Shown: positions 37,471-50,606 of the stretch, piece by piece
Position numbering within the stretch: the stretch's first letter is position 1
Layout: every line of letters starts with the position of its first letter
NCBI GenBank assembly: GCA_015680685.1
Contig: MNCI01000556.1
Coordinates: 1,783,731-1,847,730 of the forward strand
Length of the DNA stretch: 64,000 nt
Direction: 5' to 3'
DNA from: Gnetum montanum
Taxonomy: Eukaryota; Plantae; Gnetophyta
Program-made: the position numbers and the translations under genes
The notes under the pieces: generated by a model
Databases searched by the model: none
What the model was told of the DNA's origin: nothing
Seen by the model: only the letters and a program-made list of their open reading frames with translations

Positions 37471-40419
37471 ATTCATTCAAATTTTCTTTCCATTTTCATG
37501 ATCATTTTCTACCCTTCATGTCTAGAAAAATTTCTATTAATGAACATCCAACAAGATAAGCCATTCTTCGAACTTAGAGTAATCAACAACACTAACACCT
37601 CAAGGAAAGAGCAAGCATGCTCTATTTTTTGGATCTCCTCCTCTTAACTTACTTGTGGGAGAGGTGGTCATCCATACTAATATCTTGTGAGGGTTAATCC
37701 ATTTTCACACCTTTTTTTTATATTTTTCTTTATATGTTTTTCATTTTCTTGAATATTTTATCAATTATTATATATATATTTTTTATTTGTTTTAATTTCT
37801 TATTTGTTAATTTTTTCTTGTTTTAATTTATAGGAAATATTTGATATTGCCATTACTACTGGAAGTTAATTAATGCTACCATAAATGTTATGATTGGTTC
37901 ACTCAATGGCCAAATTTTATTTGTGAATTATATCCTCAATTAACAAGCTATTGATTTTTTGATGGTATTAGGTAGTGAGTCCATGACATTCAATCATTCC
38001 ATTTATTCCATGGAGGCTCTACATCATAGGATCATGAGATTCTTCCAAATTTAAACTAAAATTAATCAATGAGTTTGCTACTTAATAGACTCAGAATAGG
38101 CCAAGAAGGAATGGAACAGGATGTGAGCTTAAGGGAATTTCTTGTATCTTCTTCTCAACTTCTTATGCAATTTTTATGATTTTTCATCATTATTATATCA
38201 CCATTCTTATCATCGATCAATAAACATGAGCATGCCTATGTATGGTGTGATTTCCATGATAAAAAAGAAGAAAAAATTAAAAAAAAATGAGAATTCAAAG
38301 CACATAATGTAGACATAATAATGCGCTACATGCACTAGTTATGGGGCTAGAAAGACATGCTACCCATGATTGAAGGCACCCCTCTAACTAAGGCCCTTCA
38401 TTCCTTCTTCTCTTTCCTTTTTCTCTTGGAGTGGTGATTGTCCTTTAGGAATTGTCATGAACGTATGATGGTCAAAGGAAAAGGATATGTCAATGTGAAG
38501 TTACTAAAAGTGAAATGGACTTGGTCTCAACTGAGAATGGAATGGTATCAAATCATCTTAATCACAGACTTCATAAGGATCTCATGTGCCTTAGATGTAG
38601 ATAACCTATCCACCATTCTCTATTTACCATCATTATCAACTCATAAAATACCACCTCACTACCTCATATCATGGTCAATTAATATGTTTGTTATGATGAT
38701 CACATATTCCTAAGATGATTTGTTAATTAAATAGGGGGTTTAACTCAAAATGACCTTTAGTCATCCTTAGTGCCTATGGACTCCTTGTGATGATAAAAAA
38801 CAAGGGATTCAAAGGAATAAGCCTAATTTGGAGAGGATAGACTTGCATTTCCTTTAGTCTACCTCAAGTTGAAATTCCTATCCATCAATTGTTTACATAA
38901 TCAATCCCATCTACTTGCATTCAACACCAAGTTTTGCTTTATTTTGGCACCTTAACTTCATCCAAATCTACTCGAATCTCTTCTCTTAAGTCAACATAAC
39001 CCTTTTCTATTTTATTGTCATCATTCTGCATCTTTCTCACTTTCATTGGGTTCTTGTTTCATCCCAAAACTTTCCAAACTTCCTCCATTTTCAAGATGCA
39101 AAAGATTACTACAAATCACTTTGTCAATGCAACCTTATCAATGCAGCTAGACTACTCAACATAGCCCCATTGACATAGCCTATCAACATCAATCACATGC
39201 CTCAATTACACTTTAAAATACGAGATATGGACCATCACAAATATAATTGGAAAGAGAACAACTTGTAACCATACCTAACAAACTAACCATACCTAACAAA
39301 CTAGATACTTTGCTAGTCCAATCCACCTATTACAATTAAGTCACTAATGAATACTTGTGATTTGTATAATTAAAAGTAGGAACTACATTACAACTCATGA
39401 GCCTAGTTTAATGAGTTTGAGTACCAAGTTTAAGATTGTCAACATTGATGGTACTAAAAAAAATTCACTTAAGGTGTCAATATTGTACATTTTTTATGTT
39501 TCAAAGATTCTTTTTAACTATTACATATGTAATCAAAAGTGCTTTGCTAAATCCCATGTTGACTTTAAATTTGTTGTAGTTAAAATAATTGGCTGAAAAA
39601 TATCATCCAATACTTGTGTAATATAGAAAATTGTTCTTTGATTCTTACTACAACTCCTAATTACTAAATTAAAAATATTTTATACTTGTGATTTTATTAT
39701 TGATTTTATCATTTTTATTTTAGGATTTTGAGCAAACTACAACTACTATGACTTGTGGTCCACTCATGCTAAACAAAAATTTGAATATTGTACCCACTTC
39801 CTATTAACACTAGTGTACAATGTCACTATATGCATGAAGATAAAAGTTATAAAGTCAAAATACTTTTATTTATTTTCTTGATTTGATGCACAAAGGTAAA
39901 TCATTTTTCCCTAGCTCACTTTTATTTTACATAAATTTTTTACTTTTTATTATGCGGAATGTCTTCTTAAATTTGTAAATATGAGCCTAATCATGGATTT
40001 AGTGACTTTTTTTACTACAATAAAATTCTTATTACAAATTTCCTCCAAGAATTACTTTGTTCCTGCACCTATTCATATTCCATAAAGCATTTATTTTCAC
40101 ACCATCAACAAGCTTCATTATTACCAAACTAGTTTACCATTTCATCAATTCCAATTAATCTTATCAATAACCATCTCTTGTATCCATCATTTAGACTCAA
40201 CAAGTTTAGTATTTGATCTAGCATTCACATTATTGACTTTTGTTTTAATTTTTTTATAGGTTTCCAACATCAAAGTCATCCAATCAAGAAATTCAAAGAT
40301 CAACTATATAAGTTTGATTCAATTTTTTGTTTTTGTCAAGTAAGAAACTCTAAGATCCTCATTTAAGAAATTTCATCTTGTTTTGATCATAAAAATTTAA
40401 GAAACTCATAAAAAAATAT

Positions 40420-40990
40420 AGGTTGACCACAACTCATGGTCATGTCATGGTATTGGAATTTTTCATACCACAAATCCACCATGATTCATGGTATCGCTAA
40501 GATTAGTTTTCCTCATATCATAATCCATAATCAACTTGTGGTAGAATACTACAACTCATAGTCAAGTTGTGGTATTGCAGATTTTCATACCACGAGTCCA
40601 CCATGATGCATGATATTGCTAAGATTAAGTTTTCTCATACTACAGCTCGAAGTCAACTCATGGTGTTAACCATGACTCGTAGTTGATATAAAATTGTCAA
40701 CTATTATCCATGGTTGCTTTGTGGTTCATAACTCTCTTAAGGAAATTTTACCATGTCTCATGGTAATCTCATGATGCATTGACCAAAACTCATAGTCCAC
40801 TTGTTGTAAACATTTGAATAATGTAAATTTACCATGACTTATGGTAAAGTCATGAAACAGTAACCATGATTCATGATGAAGTCTTAGTATCCTAAAAAAA
40901 TGTTAATCTTTCTTTCCAACCAAACCATAACTTATGCTATAATACAATAGGTCATAATATCCTAGATCATGACTCATGGTCAACAAAAAT
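40420..40990. repeat. Degenerate array of accatga(c/t)tcatggt-like palindromic units
   Basis: More than ten variants (accacaactcatggt, accatgattcatggt, accatgtctcatggt, accatgacttatggt); 40427-40545 and 40550-40665 form a higher-order duplication. Confidence 0.65.
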
Positions 40991-41409
40991 CATAATTTTG
41001 ATGAATCATGAAGTATTCAATTAGAAATTTTCATCAAATAATCTAACACTTCCAATACATGGTGTGACTTATAGTGGCCCATTTAATATGAAATTAACCT
41101 CTTGTCTTACTCATCCTCTTTCTTGAGGGTACCTTGATGTTTCCATGTACTTGATAAAGTGGTACTCCAATCCTTGTATAATGTAGAGAAGTGCACTTTT
41201 AATAAAGTGGTACTCCAATCCTTTATATGTTTAAAAGAAATTTCCCTTTTTTCCTCTTTTTCTTATAACTATCCTTTTTTAAAACATGCCGATCCAACAT
41301 ATTTCCTGACCAGTTAAACACTGATTAAAACTTGAAAGCATATCAAAATTCTATACATCAAATATGGCTGCCAAGTGCCAAGTAAAGAAAGTTTAGAAAG
41401 TTTCAAACT

Positions 41410-42058
41410 CCAAACATAAGAAAATGAAGAAAAACAAAAAAAAAAAAACAAAAAACAAAAAACAAAATTCACGATGCAAATAAATTTCGGTTTCAATCAC
41501 ATTAGAATAAGAGTGATTGAACGATTCAGGATTCCATGCATTTCCCCATCCTTTGATGTCATTCCTTAAATCTCCAGAATTCATAAAGTTCTGTCGTTAA
41601 AAATTTGTTTAATTATTCTGTGAAGATGGATCATTACGTTAATCCTTCTCTTCTTCTTCACGTTAGTCCTGGGATATAGCAAACACTCACAATCCATAGC
41701 CAATATTCAGGGCATTTATTCGATATCCATGTTTGTGACAAATCTTGTTTGCAGTACTGGCCAGCTTGACCTTATTTTTTTAATAATATTTTCAAAATTC
41801 ATAACATGGAGGAAGCAATATAAATTTTTATGTTTCATTCAATGACAAAATCAGATTACATTAAAAGCATGTGAAAGCCTGACAAATAAAGGAAAGTCTG
41901 CAAGTCCAAACATAAGAAAATGGCAAAAATAAAGGTTCCAAAACTCACGGTGAGAGTAAATTTCGGTTTCAATCACACTAAAATAAAAGTGATTGAACGA
42001 TTCCATGCATTTCATCATCCTTTGATGTCATTCCTTAAATCTGCAGAATTCATAAAGC
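41410..42058. repeat. Dispersed direct duplication (~41410-41588 and ~41906-42058)
   Basis: Shared ccaaacataagaaaatg...taaatttcggtttcaatcaca...catcctttgatgtcattccttaaatct.cagaattcataaag. Confidence 0.85.
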
Positions 42059-42355
42059 TCTTTATTGAGAAATTCATGGAGTTTGTCAAAACGTAGATAC
42101 GTATGTTATCTCTAAACCGAATATCGTTTTCAACAAAGAAAATCACAAAGACTTTACTTTAAATTAGAATTACAACTTGAAGTCGAAGGCGTTTGCCGAC
42201 ACGACCTTGAAAGAAAAAAAAATGATACGGACAAGTCAAAACTCGAAAACGTAAGAGACAAAGAACAAAAAAGCAACTATCTTTAAAGACTGGGTTTGCA
42301 TTTTGGGTCTTGTATAAAGAATAAAGATACATGTAACCAACGATAATGCGCTGTT

Positions 42356-43136
42356 CCGAAACGCAGCAGCACTTTGTGAGCGAGTGTCAGGTAACCACGC
42401 AGTTCTGGCGTTGGGCGGGGCTCCGCTCCCCGGAGTTCTCGGGCAACTCGGCAACGCTGGCGGCGCTCTCGGTCCGGCACTCCCCCGCGCAAGTCCTGGC
42501 AGGGAAACTTTGGAGGCTATGGAACGAAATTGCCTCTGCAATGGCTCCTCCCGCCACCCCTGCACCTCCCATTCAGCCGCAGAAGCGAACACGGCGGGGG
42601 AGTGGGGAGATCACCTTGCAAGGCGGGACCATCCCCCTCGACGTCGCCATGGAATGTATGCGCCCTGGTCAGTGCCACGAGGCGGAGAGGCAGGATCGCA
42701 ATATTGACATTTCAGACTTTCGCGGGGAACAAAACCGAACTTTCCAATGCGAGCCTGGGTTGAGAGCGCCCCCGACAATCGCAGAGCCGGCATAGCCCAG
42801 ATCATTGACGAATACAGACGGCGCAGGGCGGAAGGGAAGGGACAGCCCAGTCAGGGCAACAATTAAGACCTGTCCACGTCTCCCGACCGGTTGCCGGCCC
42901 GGGTAGACAGGGAGACCAGGGTGGGGTTACTTCTTGCCACGGCGTGGGCTCTTCTTCTTGCCACGGCGTGGGCTCTGTTTTCTTTGGGGGGGAGTGCCAC
43001 CTTATCGTTGACGGGTGTCCTTGGCAGGGATTTCCTTGACTGGAGTGGGGCCGGCAGCCCTGGCCCGCGCTGTACCATTGTACCGCTTCGTAATTTTTGA
43101 AATTTAAAGTCGCCTGACCTTTTTTTTAAAAAAAAA
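42356..43136 (+). mobile_element. 5'-truncated L1-clade LINE (ORF2 C-terminus, 3' UTR, poly-A)
   Basis: ETQQHFVSECQVTTQFW..SGNSATLAAL matches the zf-RVT end of the L1 at 46-52 kb (ETLQHFMQECHVTRQFW..SGNSLTLTAL). Poly-A from 43128. 17-bp TSD aacgataat(g/a)cgctgtt at 42339-42355 and 43137-43153. Confidence 0.9.
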
Positions 43137-43440
43137 AACGATAATACGCTGTTTGTCCAGAGTAACCAACTGTTTCAGTATATTGTTTAAACTTTAAACT
43201 AGTTATATATATAATAAATATAGTTTGAATTATGTGATGAGACACTTTTACATTAGTGTATCAATTAAATTTCTTCAAGTATGAATTATGTAAACTAGCT
43301 AATTTGAATTTCCTTGTTTTTCAAAAATAAAATTATTTTACAAAAGAATAAACAGGCATAATAACTGCAAGATCTGTAACCACGATCTGCTAGATTCTAA
43401 GCCAAGTGATAAGATGAACAACAATCGAAAGCTGCACATT

Positions 43441-43582
43441 CTCAAATATATCTTGAACAGTCCTCAAACTGTGTTAAAAGGTAATACCAAAAGCACACTT
43501 TGCAAGTCAACCTCAAATATATCTTGAACAGTCCTCAAACTGTGTTAAAAGGTAATACCAAAAGCACACTTTGCAAGTCAAC
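43441..43582. repeat. 71-bp perfect tandem duplication
   Basis: ctcaaatatatcttgaacag...tgcaagtcaac starts at 43441 and again at 43512. Confidence 0.9.
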
Positions 43583-44093
43583 CTCACAATTTGCAAAGCA
43601 CATGTTACTTTAATACTACTGTAGCACTGTAGTCAAGCAAGCTGCAATGAAATGATTAGGTNCTGTTGTCCTCTTTTGGTAAAAAGGATAAACCTAAGGG
43701 ATTTCTGTTTTATTTTGCACTGGAATGTTGATTTAACCTTGTGTTGTCACTTGCTAATGTCATGTTCAAGCCAGTATGCGGAAGTAGCCTTTTGTTGATG
43801 CATTGTTTCAGCAAGATAAGTAAGCAAAAGTTCCACCACTCCCTCCTTTGCAATGGTGATTATTTTATCACTTCCATCAATTAGCAATCATTCCATGCCT
43901 ACCTAATCATTTCATTGCAGCTTGCTTGACTACAGTGCTACAGTAGTATTAAAGTAACATGTGCTTTGCAAATTGTGAGGTTGACTTGCAAAGTGTGCTT
44001 TTGGTATTACCTTTTAACACAGTTTGAGGACTGTTCAAGATATATTTGAGGTTGACTTGCAAAGTGTGCTTTTGGTATTACCTTTTAACACAG
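43469..44093. repeat. 193-bp perfect inverted repeat bounded by single Ns (probable assembly artefact)
   Basis: Arms 43469-43661 and 43901-44093; each arm ends exactly at an N (43662, 44094). Confidence 0.85.
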
Positions 44094-44869
44094 NGGTCAC
44101 GACATGCCTTGGAACTAGAGTTTGAAGAGCTCAAGACCTTTTCACTTTCTTCAAATGATTGAAGATGGTTTTTCATAAATATAAATTTAAAAATTTAAAA
44201 TTTAAAAATTATGGAGGAATCTTAAAGAAAAATTTAAAGGATAACAACTTTTAGAAGAATATAAGAATGCCTCAAGCATAGCTGGAACTAGCAACTCATT
44301 GCCTAATAAGACAATCAACTAACCACTCAAGAAACCTAAAATTATAATTTTTAAAAGGAAAAATCAAAACATGATCTTCATTAATGCACTTTGTAATCCA
44401 TTTTGTTGTAAGAGAAATACTTTTGTTATAATAATTAATTTAAAAAAGGCTACAGAATGTGCAAGCTACCATCGCATTTTCTTATATCTTATGCTTTTTC
44501 TTGCAAAATTTCATGTATTTGAAATTAAAGCCATAATTTTATTACATTTGTATTTACTAGTAGATTTGAAAACATCAATAAGGAAATTACCAAGTCCTCT
44601 TAGTAATTTTTTAACAAATCAACTATGTATTCTCAAATGTAAACCTTTATATATGTATTTATTTTTAGTGCTATTTGTATTGCATAATGTAACAACCTCA
44701 TTAATTACTTATAATATTCTATAAATAATTATAAAAATGCTGCATTTTCCAAGGATTTCCATTTAACCTTAATCTAATAAACTATGAAAAAATGACAATC
44801 AAGAGCATAAATAGTAAAATAATTTGGGACGGCAAAATTCCTTACAATATATATTTATAATTTAGTTTA

Positions 44870-44960
44870 ATAATGAGGTGTTAGCTTGGTGCTAAGAGCC
44901 TTGGTATATAAAGCTTAGGTCAAAAGTTCTATTCTAATGAGCAATGCTAAGTTATGGACT
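44870..44960 (+). mobile_element. tRNA-derived SINE-like repeat, copy 1 (degenerate)
   Basis: taatgaggtgttagcttggtgctaagagc...agttctattct...gcaatgctaagttat; homologous to the copies at 61.5 and 61.8 kb. Confidence 0.55.
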
Positions 44961-46622
44961 TAAAAAATTCTCTAAAATTGAATTAATTTCAAGAGGATTT
45001 TAGTTTTAGTTTTATAATTAAATAAAATCTAAATTAAATGCATAAATAAAAAGTATACAAGAAGATAAACCTAACTATAGTTGTTTGGCCTTAAATGGAC
45101 TTATGAAGACAAAGTTCTTTATGTTATATTAAAATAATATTAAAGTATAGGAGGACTAAGACAAGCCTTGAGAAGTTGAAATTTCTTATGGAAAGTAAGA
45201 AAGAAGAAAAGAGAGGTCAAAATTCACAAAGGAAAAGATGCTAACCCTCTTTGCCCAAGTAATTTTGAAAATGTCAAAGATGTCATTGTTGAGGCCAACC
45301 TTGCCCATGCTATCACACGGGGCCATGATCAATAGTAATATGGTAAAAAAAAAATCTATACAATCTTTTGTGAGTTAGCTAACTATGTTTCATATTTAAC
45401 TTCTTATTACACAAATGTAATGTTGGTCCAAAGGATCTTTGAAGGTAATAAAAGCTTTGTTTTAATTTTAGTTTCATATATATTTATTATAGAAAATAGT
45501 TTAAACTATAAACTAACTTTTGGTTTACTTCTACTTTAATTAATGCTGACGTTAGTAAATGGAGTAGAATGAAGGAATTAAGCTAAAATACAACTTGTGA
45601 GGTCCAACTCCAAAACTTTACGGATAATGGGCATTTATGATGTGAAAAACTATCAACTATGTTACATATAGAGAACATGAAGAGAGCCCAAACACCCAAG
45701 TTATTCATCAATGAAGAAGATACCAAGGAAAACACTTAACCTTTTATGGGTGATTTGCATGTATTTTATAGATACCTTGCAAAGAAGATATAAATTACCT
45801 GAAATGGAGAAAAAGTGCTAACAACTAAAAGAGAGGGGAATAAGGACATCTCTCAAAATCAATGCGGATTATGATGTGTGCATGTCAGGTACGTTTACAT
45901 CAACTTTGTTTTCTATTGCACAGTAGAGATACAAATTACACATTAAAATTTGATTTTGGTAAAAAGGACAGAAAAGGCAATCACTACATCAGATCACTAC
46001 ATCAAATTATACATGGAATATGGCAGCAGATGGAAGACCATTACAATGCTAATCCAGAAGGCAAATCGATCATGAAATGTTATGAAACCGTGACTTCCAC
46101 TAATGAAATATGAATGAAATCTCCATTGAAACTTGCCCACCAGAACTATGCATAACTCCATGAACTTTCTTTGACGTTTACCATGTAACCAACGGCAATG
46201 TGGCTATTTTATGCATTTAATTGTTCCTGTATCAATGGAAACCAAATTTGTTGCATTAAAAAAAAGGGCAGATTGCTGTAATTTGAAATCTTCAGGTTGT
46301 AGTCAGCCTTAAATTATATTATAATGATGGACTTTTTTTAGGAAAAGGTTGAGCAAAATCTATTCCAATATTCCAATAAAGTGAAAAAGAGCTACGCCTA
46401 CAACGTAGCGTGGGCCAGCAATCGTGACCCCACAGCAAGAGCCACCAGGACCATAAGGGACGTACCTCGTACCGCCCAGCACTCAGCGCAGAATCTCACG
46501 TCCCTGGGGGACCGAAAACCAAGAGACCAGGAAGCAAAGCAGCATGAAAACGCCACAGGGGCGGAGACAAAAAGCAAAAACAGCAGCCGATCCTACGGCA
46601 CCGGCAGGAGCCTGCAGAACAA

Positions 46623-49600
46623 CTACCCGCCAGGCTGCCGCAGGCTAGCGTGGCCATGCTCGGCCAACCGCACAGCGAGGCGGCGCCGATGCTCGATGAT
46701 CAGTTGAGCAATACCCGTCCTGCAATTCTGCAGGATGCCCTCAAACACGATTAGTGGTGGTTGTGTACGAGGGGTTGATGTCTGATTCTTCGAGTTGCTG
46801 GAAGTGGCATCCGGCGGGTCCTTCACCTGAGGCGGCCTAGGACGATGCTGATCCTGATCAACGTCCGGGTATTGGATGTCCTGCATCGTGTCCGCCCCAG
46901 AGGTGCTTGAATTACCACACGCCAGCCCCGGCATGCCAGCAATCGACCCCTCCGGGAAATGGCTCTGTCTACCACTGGTCCCCGCGGTCGCAGGGTGAAC
47001 GCCCCGCGCAAGGTCCGCAACCCGTCTGGGCCAATCCGTATAGATGCACCCAGCTCTCGCGATTGTAATCTCCTGCCAAAGCTTCCTGAACCTGGCACAT
47101 AACGTAGCCGGGGGGGGCAAGCCACGTCTTTGAAGACGGAATCATTTCGGGCCTTCCACAGAATCCAAAGTGCGGTGAGGGTCAGCGAGTTACCGGAAAT
47201 CGTGATAGGTTGCAAACCACATGTGTGCCAGAATTGTCGGGTGACGTGACATTCCTGCATGAAATGCTGCAGCGTCTCAGTAGCATGATTGCATAGGGGG
47301 CAATGTGGACTAATCCCCAGGCCTCTGTACTGCAGGAACATCCGGACGGGATGGGCCTTGTGAAGGATCAGCCACCCAAACACCTTGATCTTCTCTGGGA
47401 TTGACCCCCGCCAGAGTAGCCGCCAGCGTGGATCCGGTGGGAACCGCGCCCTGAGGTACTGTCGAGGATGAAGGGGATCATCAGCACCCCCCATCTCCAC
47501 CACGTGTGCGCAGAGGTGCTTCCAAACAAGGGAGTCCGAGCCAGTAGCCCTCCAAGGCCGATATTTTCACCTCAGGAGCTGTGCCCAGATGGAGGGGTCC
47601 TCCTGCATGGTGGAAAGCCTCCAAACCAAGCGCTGCCGTCCCAACGCAACCTCTTCCGCGAAGGGGAGAATGCCCACCCCCCGGCCTCACGCGGCCACGC
47701 AGTGGTGGCCCAATCCACGAGGTGCATCTTCTCCCCCCCTTCCCGCCTGACCACACAAAGTTGCGCAGGATTGCGTCAACCTTTGTGACAACGCCGGCCG
47801 GCAGGGCGGTGACTGAAGCCCCGAATCTGGCCATGGCCCCAAGCACCGTGGTCGCCAGCACGATCTTTCCTTTCCGGGAGAGGAATTGGTTCGTCCAATG
47901 AACCGTGCGCTGCTGGATTCGCATCAGTAGGGCCTGCCACGTTTTTCTTTTATGCCAGTTGTGGATGGGGATGCCCAAATATCGATCCTCCGCCTCCCCT
48001 AGCAGAATCCCCATGATTTGAATGATTTTGCTTCGCACTGCCTGGTGCGTATGTGTGAAGTACAACGCGGACTTCCCAGTGTTGATTTGTAACCCGACCT
48101 CCTGCTAGAACCGGTCAAGCGCCCTCATCAGCGCCTTGACCTGCAGCACGGCCGCCCTGACATAGATCATGGTGTCGTCCGCGTAATGGGTGGTTAGGCA
48201 ACGCACACCATGTATGTCAAGACCCAGGACACCCTCGGCCATACAATAACTTTGCATGAGATCCATAAGCATGAGAAAGAGGAGGGGGGAGAGGGGATTG
48301 CCTTGTCTCAGGCCACGACCTGTCCCCTGGAAACCCCATAAGTGCCCATCAATATCCAGGGAGTATCGGCCACTCCTTTGTATCTGTAAGCAGAGCTCCA
48401 CAAAGTCTCGGTCCAAACCTTTGGCAATCATCACTTTCCGCAGGGCTGCCCAGCTAACGGAGTCATAGGCCTTCGTGATGTCTAGCTTGATGCATAGGCC
48501 TGGAAATTTCGCGAGGCGAAGAGAGTGCTGGATTTCCTGCAGTAACAGAACCTGATCCTGAAGGTGGCGGCCCGTAATGAACGCAGCCTGGTTTCTCCCC
48601 ACCAGACGTGGCATGAGAGGACGCAGTCTGGCAACCAGCATACGGGAGAACAGCCTCAAGAGTGAGTTGCAAACACCAATGGGCCGAAAGTGTCCCGGTG
48701 CAGTGGGTGTCTCAGTTTTAGGTATCAGGACCACGCGAGAGTAGTTTATTTCTTTGCGAACCTGCCTCCAGACCAGCATGTGGTTAAAAGCGTCGAGTAG
48801 GTTCGTGCCCAGCACCTCTTCGTACTCACGGAAGAATTCAATGGGCCAACCATCCGGTCCAGGCGCCTTATTCGCCTGCATATCATTCAACGTGTCGCGA
48901 AGTTTCTGACGGGAAAAGGGGGAAAGCAGCTTCACATTTTCTGTTGGGGTCACAACCTGCGGGATGGGCACGGCAATCGGGTCAGTAGCCTGCCACGCCC
49001 ATACCTACTGCTAGTAGCGCTGCAGCCCCTCCACTCCAGCCTGAGAGGGTGTCTGCGTGTCCTGCAAGTAACGTTGTAGGGGATGGTAGTGTTTTCTGCG
49101 ATGCTCCACCGCCTGGGAAAAGAAAAATTTCGTATGTCTGTCCCCCGATTGCAGCCACTGAATCCGAGCCTGTTGTCGCCAGTATTCTTCCTCTTCGTGA
49201 TGCAAGACCTGCAGCCTCACCAGGAGGGCGAGCTCATCGTTGTTTGTGTCAGTGCTCTGTTCTTGTTTGGCCTGTATCTCCCCTAACCGCGTCTGGATCC
49301 GACAGCGCTATTCACAGAAATTATATTTATCATCTTTGGGGCGGTATTTTATTTTCTGTTTCAGCAATTATAATGCGTTTCGCAGGAATTCACGTGGGTC
49401 CTCCCGTTGCTCCTTGAACTGCGCCTGCCACGGCTTGTGCAGCGCCTGCCACGGCCTACGCAGCGCCTGCCTCGGATTGCGCTGCACCTGCTGTTGCCTC
49501 GTGTCCTGCGCCTGCCGCGTCGTGTGCTGCGCCTACCCCGTCGCACGCTGCGCCTACCGCCTCACGTCCTGCGCCCGCCGCCTCGCGTCCTGCGCCCACC

Positions 49601-50606
49601 GCCTCGCGTCCTGCGTCGGCCACCTCGCATCCTACGCCTGCTGCTGCCTCGTGCCCTGCGCCTACCGCGGCGTACGCTGCGCCAGCCCCTTCGCGCGCTG
49701 CGCCTGCCGCCTCGCGTCCTGGGCCTACCACCTCGCGTCCTGCGCCTGCCGCGTCCTGTGCGCCTGCCCCCTCGAAGGTTGCTCCTGCGGCGTCTTGTAC
49801 TGGGCCTGCCTTCCTGGTTCCGCTCCTACCTCGCCTGGGTAACTGGCCCAAATTTCTCGCACCAGCCCTTCCAACCACGCCTTTCGAAGCCACGAGCGCT
49901 CAAATCGAAACGGCCGAGGTCTCTGCACCGTGTGTCTATCCACCTGGCAGAAAATAGCCTGGTGATCCGAAGCCATTCTGACCCCACCATACGCGTGCAC
50001 GTTCCAGCCAGTGAGAAGTGACTGGCTAACCCAGGCCCGATCAATCCTGGACTGAACCCACGCAGCGCCGCGACGCCGGTTGCTCCAGGTGTACCGGCAA
50101 CCCGTGAGCTCCAGGTCCGTGAGGGCCTTGCTGTGCAATAGCGCGTGGAAGTCCGCTGCCCCTGGGGGCTCCGCCATGGAATCCCCAAACTTCTCCGAGC
50201 TGTACAATCTCTGATTAAAGTCTCCAGTTAGCAGCCACTCCGCATCGCCGGGCACCTGTCCCGCCACGCGTTCCAGCTCCTGCAACCGCGCCTTCCACCC
50301 TTGGGCGCCATACACATTGGTGATCCAGATGTCCAGCCTAGGCAAGTGTACCGTGATGCTCCAAGCGCACATGTCCCGAACGATTGAGGCCTCCCTGGTG
50401 AGGACCGCCAGACCACCGGCACGGCCCCAGCTCGGCACTAGATGGCTGTGCCACCCTGGCCAGTCCAGCACCTGGGCCTCGGACTGTTGGAGTTTGGTTT
50501 CCTGCAAACATACTACATCGCACCGTTCATCTACCACCATGCATCGTAGGGTATGGCGTTTGTACGGGGTACCCTGGCCTCGGCAATTCCATGAGAGAAC
50601 CTTCAT
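46623..50606 (-). pseudogene. L1 ORF2 (AP endonuclease, reverse transcriptase, zf-RVT), with frameshifts and an internal insertion
   Basis: MKVLSWNCRG, CLQETK, GDFN, SRIDR, SDH; KAPGPDG, FRPI, KLDITKAYDSV, GLRQGNPLSP, YADD, RYLG; CPLC..ETLQHF..C. Confidence 0.95.
49316..49795. repeat. Foreign insertion in L1 ORF2 carrying a 21-bp GC-rich tandem array
   Basis: Unit approximately gcctcgcgtcctgcgcctgcc over ~49420-49780, preceded by AT-rich intron-like sequence ending cgcAG at 49385; boundaries approximate. Confidence 0.8.

Larger units (their letters stand above)
874..39200 (+). mobile_element. Element A: old, degenerate Athila-like Ty3/gypsy retrotransposon, host of the nest (no 3' LTR found; right boundary approximate)
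   Basis: 5' LTR split into ~874-1595 and 14944-15108 by element B. Degenerate PBS at 15110-15127 (tagcattattcctaggaa, cf. TGGCGCCGTTGCCGGGGA). gag remnants follow, then RT-RH-INT remnants that resume after element D. Confidence 0.7.

Noticed and set aside
42346-43100. GC-rich ORF cluster as a host gene
   Set aside because: Explained as a 5'-truncated L1 with poly-A, TSD and homology to the neighbouring L1 ORF2.
43469-44093. Perfect 193-bp inverted repeat as a hairpin RNA, miRNA or MITE
   Set aside because: Both arms end exactly at single-N joins (43662, 44094) and are identical, which fits a small contig placed in reverse that overlaps its neighbour. Long reads would settle it.
49240-50021. 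Cys-rich, Arg/Leu-rich and Ala/Gly-rich ORFs in several frames; heptad as a Pol II CTD mimic
   Set aside because: A GC-rich 21-bp array is open in most frames. The APAASRP unit lacks the Tyr and Ser-Pro pattern of YSPTSPS.
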